Shown here: piece after piece, positions 1-11,254 of the stretch
How positions within the stretch are numbered: the stretch's first letter is position 1
How the letters are laid out: each line of letters starts with the position of its first letter
Source: Ruditapes philippinarum
Taxonomy: Eukaryota
Assembly: GCF_026571515.1 (NCBI RefSeq)
Contig: NW_026855186.1
Coordinates: 1-64,000 of the forward strand
Length of the DNA stretch: 64,000 nt
Direction: 5' to 3'
The notes under the pieces: model-generated
What the model was told of the DNA's origin: nothing
Seen by the model: only the letters and a program-made list of their open reading frames with translations
Databases searched by the model: none
Translations under genes and position numbers: made by a program

Positions 1-144
1 CAAAACCACGGACGTTCCGTTAGCTAGCAGGATAGCTTCCGCACATGAAATAATTCAAAGTACTTGTCGGGATTCGAACCCAAAGCGGCGAGGGCCAGAT
101 GGTTTGAAGTCGGCGACCTTAAATCACAGAGCCACGGACGTCCC
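1..144 (-). mobile_element. tRNA-derived SINE (Meta/MESC-core-like), cut by window edge
   Basis: Reverse complement matches the tRNA-like head (GGGTTCGAATCCC B-box) and core (TTTCATGTG.GGAAGCTATCC.GCTAGCT) of the copies at 25639 and 61855. Confidence 0.85.
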
Positions 145-369
145 TTAAGTTTTGCAATTTTTATGACAATTTATTTTACATTTATCGCTACTTTTTAGGT
201 TTCAAACATCTATCATTTCTCAAAAACTATTATTTAAACATTATTAAATTCATGTATTCCCTTTCAAAAGAAGTAACAATTTATTTGATTTTAGGCATGA
301 TGTGCCTTTAAAGCAATTTATGTCTGTGCGGTCTTAAGAATAATGTGTCACCATCCTTGTTCATTTAAG

Positions 370-3300
370 CAAAGTATTTTATCCACGCTTTCGCCCAATT
401 CCGCTGGGGTGTGTTTCAAGAATACCCCGAAGAAGGTGAAAGCGAGTTTTATATATCAGTGACAAATGGGCGACCAGAGGCAATCAGATGTACCATACAG
501 CTTAGAGGACTGGTACAGAAAAATGATTCCGCCCACACTATATGTTACTTACGTAAGTATTTCCAGTTCATCATGGTCATCATATTCATCATTACCATCA
601 TCATATTTATCATATACACTGTACAATATAAATGATGATCATAATCATCATCATCACCACCACCACCATCACCATCATCATCATCGTCGTCGTCGTCAAT
701 AATATTCATCATATAAATCATGCTCATTATGATCATAACCATCATCATCTTCATAAAAAATCATGTCTTCATCATCATCATCATATTCATCATCATATTT
801 ATCATATTCAGCATAATCACCATGACTATCATCATAGTATGTGGTTGTTCATAGTCAGCCTCCAATTTATAATCATCATCTTGTTGCTGTGGTCATAATG
901 TAATCACAGCAACACAAATATTAGTAAACAGTTATTTAATGAACTCATTAAATTTTAGAAGATAACAACAGAGTAAAATGATTCTCAGGAATTTACAAAA
1001 GTGTTTCCAGTCACATATTGTCAAAAGTTTTATAGACCTAGTTGCAGGTTTATATACACAACTGTGTTTAGCTATCATCGTCTTTGGAATTTAATAAAGA
1101 ATTGAGAATAAAACTATTTACTTGAAAGCAATAAAAGAAAAAATACGATTAAGTTACCGGTAGAGCGAGTTGACATTTTTTTAATTCTATGTTTAAAACA
1201 ATTTTATTTAAGCATCTCAGGCACAGAGCGCTCACGTGGTGGCATCCGTCGACAATGTGACAGGCTTGTATGAACGCGAGTGTCTTTGGAGACCGTATCC
1301 TACCAGACAGAGAACAAAGGCATCTATAATGGATCACCAATATATCACTAATGTAACATATCTATATTTAATAATTGTGTTGATTATATTAAATAAGAAA
1401 AGAAATTAGATCAAAATAGTGATTTGGATTTTTAAATGGAAAAAAAAATTAAAAAATGAAAAACCAAATTGCAACCGGTAATTAATGTTATGATTGAATA
1501 AATGAAATACTCATGAAGCCCTAACATGCGATTTTTACTCGTAAAAATAATTCAATTCTAATTATAAATAGGAATATTCAATAGGCTGACTGTATCATTT
1601 GAGGACACTTATGTTTTAATTTCTCTTCCTTCAACTTCAGCTTTAACTTTAATGAATTACTTTTCAGCGTCACTGTTGTCATTTAGCTACTCTCTATCGT
1701 CCGTAACGACAAAGTTCCAATAACTACAACCGTACTCCGCAGACGATGTTAACATTTTTTTTTAATTTTCAAGTACCACACTGAAGTAAGATACATAGTA
1801 AGATACATAAACAATAGGTTTTCTAAAATACATGTGCCATGATTAATAAATATGATACTGAACATTTTCTGTCTTTGATATCTTTTAAGATCGAAACATT
1901 TTGCGACGACAACCATACGGACTATATGACAGAGCACAATTATGAAGCTCCGAGTAAACACAACAGACTGTGTGGACACAGAAGCACGTGGAATATAATT
2001 ACACAAACAGACGATTTTAGAAATGGAAGAAATCCTCCTCATGGTCGTCTAGACGCTCAACTAGAACCGACTTTTATTGTAATGAGAGCGCCTGGAAGAA
2101 AACGCAGGGCAGCCATATTGATAGACCCGTCTTTGACGAAGCAGGTGATATTTTATATATTCATGTTAACAAAATAAGCACCAAGAACTTTAAAAGTTTT
2201 TGCATTTTAAAGGGTATAAAGCTATATTTTATGAAATATTTTTATAAAATTTATCAACAGTAAAATTATTTTGTTCCCATAATCTTATAGTCGATTCTCA
2301 AAAAAGTTGTAACATAGAATGTCTCTCTTATTCAACTATGCAGATATTATGCTTCTATCCTAAGTAGGGTTTTGCCCGTTAAGCAAGCAGTTTAGGCAAG
2401 ATACTACCATTTTTCTTACATACAAGCATTTTTTAAGTATTTCTCTTCAAAATTCAAACAATATTTTTACCGCAGAAATATAGTTTTATACTCTTTAATA
2501 TTGCTTATCTAAAAATTGTCCATTAGTACCTGGTATAAACATTTAACCAAAACATGAACGGTATTTTGTATTGTTTAAGACAAAAGATAAAAATCTAAAG
2601 ATAGTATATATGATTTATTTCTATTAGCAAATGACATCAGTCAACTGATTTCTTAAAGTGAATGTAAACTAGTTTAAGGAATATAAAAAGTAAACGTATT
2701 TGCCTAATTGTAATCAGTTATATTTAAGACTGACATTCATCTGTTTATATTTTAGACTGACATTCATCTAACCATCGGCCATCTTAAGCAGGAATCATCC
2801 ATCCATGATATAGAGATAGTTCTAGTAAAACATGTGGACGGCAGGATATCTCACCAGCAACTTCAATCTGTTGAAAATATTGAATCATATCTGAAACACC
2901 ATTCACCTACATACAAAGTCAGTTTGACTGACCAAATTACACAGACAGTACAGGTAACTTGGTACAGGAAGAAAGGTTAAAGTAGCATGACTTTAGATTA
3001 TGCTAAAGTTTCCCGAATTTTTTTGAAAATGTATTTCAAAGTTAAAAAAATATCAAGTAACGAAAAAGAAGCAATTTACACAATACAAAAAGCAATCACC
3101 ACCCACGTAGATTATTAAGATAACTTCAAAATGATCGAAAATAACATTTACTGCGTTAGTAACGCAGTAGAAATATGGTTGTAAATACTGAAAAATTAAT
3201 CATTTATCGCACATTACATTTAAGTTATTACTTCAGTCTTGAATTTTTTTACTTTTTCTAAAATCTTGGAACATTTTTATCAGGTTTGATTTTAATGAAA

Positions 3301-6300
3301 TATTTTGGCTTATCTGGAGGTATGCATCTTTAAAATAACTAACCTTAGACATGACGTATAGTTGAAATAATTGCTGTGCACATATACATTTGTATTCATT
3401 CTGTACAACTGCCTATTTCGGAAAATTTTAAATACAACGGAAAAGAATTTGGAAATCTTACAAAACCTACAAATCCAACCGTCCCGGAACAACTATAATT
3501 ATTTTTTTTTTCCAGTCTAATGAATGAGACGTTCTGTATTTTTTTCATAAGAATATAAGAAGTGAATTTTGCGTGTTGAGTGCACACACAAATTGACTAT
3601 CTTAGCTTTTTTAAATCTTAATTCTTGTTCATATGTTTTCTTTATTAAAGATGATGGAAGAAGAGGCAAAAGAAAATGATACACACTTAATACTTGTCAC
3701 AGACAAAGAATCATCTGAACTCAAGAAAATGCTGACCGAGTCAAAACAGAAGGGTTTAAAATTCTCAGCAATATTAAACAAATATAACCCCATTGCTGGT
3801 AACCTAGGTAAATACATTTTTAACTTTCAAAACTGGTAAAAGTGATATTATACGAACATTTTTAATAATGCTATATATTGTAAATTAATACATATTTTTT
3901 AGCTTCAAACGAAAACGATTTTAATGAAATGAAACAAACGTAAATGCATCGTTGAATCATTTCTCTGAGAACAGCATCTGTGTTCAGCATCTGTGTTCGA
4001 GCGTCCGTTCGTCCGTCCGATAGTCCGTCCGTCCATCCGTCCGTTTTGGTTTAAACAATATGTATTTCTTCCTTGTTTACAATACAATATTACAAATTTA
4101 TAAAACGTATAAATGTATAAATTGCACTTATGATTGAGTACTAGTATCCATTTGTTTTGATTGGACTCTACAGCCTTCTTTTCAAGCACAAAGTGTTATA
4201 AACGATCGATTATTCAGCCTTCTTTACAAAGATTTGATTAAATAATAATAAAAACAATGATAATTATGATAATTATAATAATAATATAGAGGATATTTGT
4301 TTGTTTCAGTGTAAGATCGAAAAATATTTCACCGAGTGAACACCAGATGCAATATTTTCCACGAGTGGCGTAGCCACGAGTGAAAATATAATAGCTGGGG
4401 TTCACGAGTGAAATATTATTGATCTTACATGTAAAACAAACAAATTTTCTGTTTATTTCATGATTCTTTAACGATTTTAACACCATTTTACTGATTTTTG
4501 CCGCGTAACGTCATGCTGTTATCTTCATGACGTCATCAAATAATGACGTCACAATGTTGAAGCAAAATATAATTCCATGATTATTTTTAGATTTTAGATG
4601 TTTTTCAGCACAACGTTCGTAAATATTTACGAACTACAGTTATCACGTACATTTTTTTTATGATTGACTACATTTCCGCTGAAAAAAACATTCATTAATG
4701 ATAAATATTTTATTTTTACGCCAAATATAGTTCGGCTACTGTGAAATTATATTTGGTAATCATTACTGTGAAATTATCAGAATATAATTAATCGTTATAA
4801 TTCAGTAATCTACTGCAAAACATGTAATAAAATGATGTAAACAACAACTGCGATTTTGTATTTCAGACAATCTTCATACTGTAGGAAAGAAAGTTGGACA
4901 TACTCTTTTAGACAGGTTAAGGAATATCATCCTAGAAGAAACACCAAGAAAAATAGTTGTAAGTATACTTAATACATTTTATTTTTAAACTACAGTAAAA
5001 GTAATGAAAACATCAAAAAATGGCCGCTGAATGAGAAAAAGCAAATTTTTAACTGATTAGTGTTCATTTTTGAATTTCAAACAATGATGTTTTAAATTAT
5101 AGTCAGCAGATACTTTTCAAATAGCTTTATACACATACATAGCAAATACTATACTTTTACATTTCAGATTACCACGGATTCAATACATCTGTCAAACATG
5201 GTACCGGTTTCAAACTCTGTATTGATTGATCAAACATTGGTGAATCACGTGACATTCATATTTCACTATGACACTGACCAGCCGAACATAGATCTCAGAT
5301 CACCGTCGGATGTTATTTACGGTGTGGAGGACGATGTATGTACTATAGATTATGATCTAAGAGTGATTAGATTTCATCTGGAATTCACAGAGGTAAGGGT
5401 GATATGTATTTTTTTCTAAGCTTTGCAATCTTTCGTAGAAATTATCATTGTAACTGAAGAGTAATGGTTTTGGAAGTAATAAGAATTTAATATATATAAA
5501 CTTTGGATTTGAAACTAGTAGCATGTCGATAATTTTCCTGGTATAGTTTATTTTTTAAGGCCAATTCTTTCTTTCTAATGTTTAAACCAGACTTTTTTTC
5601 AAAAGTAGAGTATAACGAATAATATGTGCAAATAAACATGTGCTTACGGAATTGGCATATTTGCATTCTTATAGACAATATGTTTTATTAAAGGTAGGTA
5701 CATGGACATATACGGTGATGCAAACATCCCGGAGTTCTCAGAATGTGCGTGTTACAGTAATATCAGAAGAAGAACAAACCGAAATAGACCCAATTGTGTT
5801 GAAACATTCAGTAAAAACTGGCAAAGAATACGAAAACGTCATTTTACTACATGTTGATGCAATGCAAGGTTCGAGTCCATTAACAGGTTTAACAGTTGTG
5901 GCCAAGATAGAGACACCGGAAATGAAAGTAGAACATGTCACTTTACTGGACAACGGAGCAGGTAAATAAATCCCTTTAACATTCAAATAAACCAAATCCC
6001 TAACAGAGTTGCTTTAATCTTACCGCTTAACCTGCTAGAACCAAAAATAATTAAACTAAACATTCCATGGTAACTTAAACAATTTTCATATCTTTTGACA
6101 CTGCAAAACAGCGACATTTACCGAATTACACCTAGACTTTGAAAAATATGATGTTATATAAATATTTTTACATTTTATATTGTTGAAAAATTATGAAATA
6201 TTATAAATATACAACAAGTTTTCATCATCTTCCAAGTTACTTATTTGCACCAATCTGATTCAGGACTCGACATTTCTAAGAATGATGGAATATATTCACG

Positions 6301-8745
6301 TACATTTATTGCTCCAAGAATCAATGGATCATATCACGTGACTTACATGGTTACAAGTAACTCTAGAGGAGACACACAGAAAGGTAAAGCATCCACCAAA
6401 GACAAAAAGGTTGAGGTTTTTGATTTGTTTGATTTGTTTCCCTCTATATTTTTTCATAGTATATCTTTACACAAACATACAGTGTACAAAAAAGTTTCAA
6501 TCATTTAATATTTTACCAAATGCAAGAAGAAAAAACAAACTAATTCTGTGTGTTGAAAAATCAAAGTAAGTGTACACCACGGCTTTGTGTAGAAAGTAAT
6601 AAGCTGAAAATAAAGAAAAACGTTCCATTGTTATTGAAGGAATGTTAGAAATGGCAGAAATGGAAACAGAACCCATAGATCCCTATTCTGACCTTTCATT
6701 TGAAAACCACAAACATTGACATGTGTTCTTTTGTAAAGCTACAGTCTCACTTACATCCCGGCAGAGCCCCGGTAGACGTCCGGGGTGATCCGGGAACGAA
6801 CGGGGTACGACCGGGAACAACCGGGGTACGTCCGTAACTCTGCCGGCAACGTCCTGGATGATCCGGGATGATCCGGGAACATCCGGCATTCAAACCCGGA
6901 TGGAATAAAATATTTAATATCCCCGGGGTGGTCCGGGATGATCCGGGAAGGTATAGCTTTGCCGGCTTCATCCTTAGCTCTGCCGGGAACGACCGGGGTT
7001 ATACCGGGAAAGCACCGTAGCTCTGCCGGCACAAACCGGGGATGATCCGGGGTATGATATAGCCGGTAGAGCTACGGTCGAGCTACGGTAGAGCTACGGT
7101 AGAGCGCCGGTATATGCCGGCAGAGCCCCGGTAACTACAGGCAGAGCCCCGGAGGATAAAGGTAGAGCTACGGTTGATCCCGGTAGAGCCCCGGCAAAGC
7201 CCGGATCATTTCAAAAGAATAACGACAATTTGCGATGATTGCACTTGTTTGCATTAAAAGCCTTCCCATTTCCCTTCTATCCAGTATAGCATAAGAATTT
7301 TTCAGAAAATCATCATGAATTACTATTCTGAAATAATAAATATTATATTAGATAAAAATTATGTTTCAATGTTATCATTTTCGGGCGTTTTCAATCCACC
7401 GGGGTTCTATCGGGGCTCTGCCTGGATCGTCCTGGGCTCTGCCAGGGTTCTGCCTGGATCGACCGGGGCTCTGCCTGGGTCAACCGGGGCTCTTCCGGCG
7501 TCATCCGGGAACGACCGGGGAAGCACCGGCATGAACCGTAGCTTCACCTGGGCTCTGCCTGGATAATCCGGAGCGCATCCTGGGTGGTTAGTAGGGAACT
7601 ACGGAAGTGCTGCCGGGGTAAGTGTGACCGCAACAATAGTTTCATCCCGGATCGTCCCGGATCATCCCGGTTACTTACCGGGATGGTCCTGGGCACTGCC
7701 GGGAGTAAGTGAGACTGAGGCTTAAACAAATACTTTGTGATGAAATTCTTATTGAAATGCACTAATAATTTGACTTAGAAAGGTAAGGGTCATATAAAGA
7801 TCTATCCATTAACATCAAATTCAGTTAAATAATTTTGATATTTTACTTATATGTGATGTTCTTTATCAACAGAAAAAGGTTACACAAAGAAGGATAACAC
7901 TCATAGTCTAATTGAGAGCAATTTTCAGCGCCAAATACCAGCTGGTACAGTACACATCAGTTGTATAGGGATAAACGATATGCATGCCAAAGATCGTGAC
8001 GTCATACCTCCATCCAGGATGACCGACTTGGAAGCAGTAACGTTTATTCCATATAGGAACAGTATTGTACTAAAATGGACAACACCTGGTGATGACTTTG
8101 ATCATGGAAAACGTGAGTACTTCCCCTTTATATCAAGATCCCTCTTATTATACGATTTAATGTGTTTTAAGATATATTTCAAGTGAGTGTAAAGAAACCA
8201 CTCACGCGTTTTTAAAAACGGAATGGTTAACTTGTTAAGGACTTGTACTACGATAAAAGTAACTGCACTCATTAACATAATAACCACATATTTCTGATAG
8301 ATATACAAGTGTTTATATGGTATTATATCTTTTTGACTAAAGGAAAAGGAAAGAAATCAAATTATGTTAAACGGATATATATTAATCTTTAACTTCATTA
8401 TATCTATATTTATGCTTCAGTCATCATAGATATCTTTTTAGATATTCGAACAAGTACTTTAGTTGTATTATTTCAGCTTTCGGCTACCACCTTTATATAG
8501 GATATGACATCAATAACGTACGCTCGTTCCTAAAATATATTTCTACCGGAAGTTATGATGGCACCGGACATGTTGCAAATGAGACGATTGCTGGGAAATC
8601 AAGCGCCACAGAGACTGAGATCTTTTTGTGGGACGTCAAGGTGTTTGCTCGGACATATGTGTTCGCTGTGCGTGCGTTCGATGACAGTGGTAACATCGGG
8701 GATATTTCAAATGTTGTTACCACGACAACTACTTTAAGACCATAG
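370..8745 (+). CDS. CLCA: CLCA-like protein, paralog 1 (first exons lie upstream of the window); predicted catalytically inactive, no C-terminal TM
   Basis: Frame-consistent GT-AG exons: 370-552, 1213-1352, 1890-2144, 2756-2953, 3651-3807, 4867-4958, 5168-5392, 5694-5961, 6264-6383, 7873-8112, 8477-8745 (TAG). CLCA hallmarks: FRWGVFQEY, HNYEAPSKHNRLCGHRSTW, LLDNGAGLDISKNDGIYSR, PPSRMTDL, WTTPGDDFDHGK. Six exon sizes equal those of paralog 2 (183, 140, 255, 157, 225, 268). Confidence 0.92.
565..900. repeat. Degenerate (CAT/ATC)n trinucleotide low-complexity tract in intron
   Basis: Runs of catcatcat/caccaccac immediately after the donor site at 553. Confidence 0.9.
4286..4465. mobile_element. 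Palindromic end of a non-autonomous DNA element (possibly Crypton-type)
   Basis: Long imperfect hairpin centred on CACGAGTGGCGTAGCCACGAGTG; related copy in opposite orientation at 18930-19087. Superfamily assignment is tentative. Confidence 0.55.
6737..7722. mobile_element. Non-autonomous PIF/Harbinger-type MITE
   Basis: TIRs AGCTACAGTCTCACTTAC.. / ..GTAAGTGAGACTGAGGCT; 3-bp TAA on both flanks (6734-6736, 7723-7725); GC-rich arms packed with CCGGG/CCCGG motifs around an AT-rich middle. Confidence 0.8.
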
Positions 8746-8880
8746 CGGTTTTCTGACTTCCTGTAAAAAAGTTATTTTTAAATTTGTATATCTCTATCAC
8801 TTTAAGTATGACCTCATTGTTTTGAATATTATGTCTCAGGTTGGCGGTTCTATGCTGTTATTTTGATTGATATTAATTTC

Positions 8881-8996
8881 TCAGGTACATGAAGTTGTTA
8901 CGTTAATTTGTTGAATAATTGCTCAGGTACATGAAGTTGTTACGTTAATTTGTTGAATAATTGCTCAGGTACATGAAATTGTTACGTTAATTTGTT
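8881..8996. repeat. 42-bp tandem repeat, ~2.8 copies, in putative 3' UTR
   Basis: Unit TCAGGTACATGAAGTTGTTACGTTAATTTGTTGAATAATTGC repeated head to tail, followed by AATAAA motifs near 9000. Confidence 0.9.
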
Positions 8997-11254
8997 AAAT
9001 AAACTAAATAAATTTGTAAACAAGTAAAGTTTGTCATTTATATATGCTGAAAATGACAATTTCTTCATACATACTACCTTAATTAAATGAAAAGTGATTT
9101 TGGCTGTTGGTGAGAGCGCTTTACATTAAGATATTCTCAACGCAATAGCAGAAATATTGTGCACATGCGTGCTCCGTGTAGAACAAAAAAGTGAGACCGT
9201 TGTAGAAAGTGTAAGACTCAATTTTATGTTCCTGTTAATATTTCAGGGGAAGGCAATAATTTAAAAATGTATAAGCAAATAAATGATAATGCATACGTTA
9301 TTGAAATTTAAATGATTGTGATTATATGCAAAAATGCTATCAATCATTTTGACCCCATTACAAATCAAAGTGCTGAATGCACTAAATGCGACGGACATGC
9401 AACCGGGGAGACATTAAGGCTTTTTCAGAAAAAAAACCCACAAAAGATATAACAGGGACAATTTGTTCCATACAAGTTCAAGATTTGTAGAGCAATCTAT
9501 TTTAGGTGTCCCAATCTGATATCATTCAGATTTTCTACTTTCAAACAGAACACGTCCACAATTTTAAATACAGAATAAAATTCATGCCTCAAAACTCTAG
9601 TCAAACTTGTAAATCAGTGTCTCCGATTCATTTGTAAATAAAAAAATTGTCAACAAAATATTTCTAAAAAAAAACCATGCAAATAAACTTCAAGCATAAT
9701 ACATAATTATGCGAGAATGTTAATTAGAATAGCTTCGTTTTATATCATAGTTGGCATATAGATAATAAAATATGTCATTAGTATTTTTATTTCTCTTTAA
9801 AAATATTTTTGTTTAAAACCATCAGCAATCAATGGTGTATTTTTTAGATTTTTTTTTCATTTACAAGGTAAAGATGTAGAGGCCAGAGCACATTGTTTTA
9901 ATTTTAATTTAAATGTCACTTAAGCACTACGTACAGTGTTTAGTTGTCCCTTTCAATTTCACACTTATTTATTATTCAACTTGTTTGCTTCTTACAATTG
10001 TATGAAATTTAAGTATTGCATGTAAACAAAGTAAGTATCCGCTGATTTATTTCATGTATAATGCGTACTACATAATTGTTTGTCCGAAAGTCAGCACAGG
10101 TGATGTAGCGGTGATTGGGAAAAATCTATTTTTAGAATAGTGTTATCCCAGATCGAAGGCTATTATAATCTCTCACAAATCATATTAGCAGGTTAACTCA
10201 TATCGTGACCTAGAAAATAATGCAATTAATATGCGAGATATTCTAGAATTGCTGAGTCACGAAAAACTTTTGATCTGTTAATAAAAATGTTTTGTTTGAT
10301 TGAGAAATACTTATAATTTCAAGGAATTATTGAGCTTACTCCTTAATTATAGCATAATTTGCTATCCTACTTTTTCGACAGCGGTAAATCGTTCAGCAGT
10401 TATTTGCATATTGCGCAATAATACTACGAGGCTACAGCGTTTTTATCAATCAAATACGTTCATATTTTAACTTGGATAACTTAATTTGAAAATGAAAAGG
10501 CAAAATATGGAAGTTTTTAAGATATTCCGACAAAGTATGGGAGTTTCATAGGATAAAATTCATGTACTATTTCTTTGGCTGTTATTCGGTTGGGGACACT
10601 TGCTCGATTGTAGCCGACGAAATTTTATGTGTAGATGACATAGCTCTGAACGCGCCTGAGGGCGCGTCCGTCGCAAAAACTTGAATTGTACGCAAACGCA
10701 GCTTTGTGGTAAATGAGTAACGGTTTAGAATATGTTAAATGATAACAGAAATAAAAAAGGTCTTGAAAAATAAAATTTGCACTTTTGAGACTTAATGGGT
10801 CTTGAACAAAGTATGTTTCCTATATTACTTACTGATCATGAAAACATAAAAGTTGTCCATACGTAATTTAAAGGTGTCAAAGTTAAAAAATATTGACATT
10901 ATCATTTTATATCATCAAACATATTGAATAAGAGTAAATAAAATATCGTTCAAATTCAAAACAAAATATAATTTATTTACAATAACAAGACAACGAAGGC
11001 TCGTGCAGTTTGCTCGTGGTGATAACGGCACGCGGACGAGATAACCTGTTGATTTACCCCCTTAATGCAGGCGGATATACATATTGTATGCACTAAAAAG
11101 AGGGTTACTTATCAACACGACAGGACTATCTTTATCGCTTTAAACGTTTCATAATAAATTGGTAAGGTTTTGGAAAGAAAAATTGAATGAACTCAGTTTA
11201 TTTGATTTGATTTATCTGACTGAAAACTTTGATAACAGAAGCGAGTTAGAGATC

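Noticed and set aside
466-898. His-, Asp- and Ile-rich ORFs
   Set aside because: Translations of the intronic (CAT)n tract; the real exon ends at the GT donor at 553.
6683-7762. Several Pro/Gly/Arg-rich ORFs
   Set aside because: By-products of the GC-rich MITE arms; no transposase or other domain motifs.
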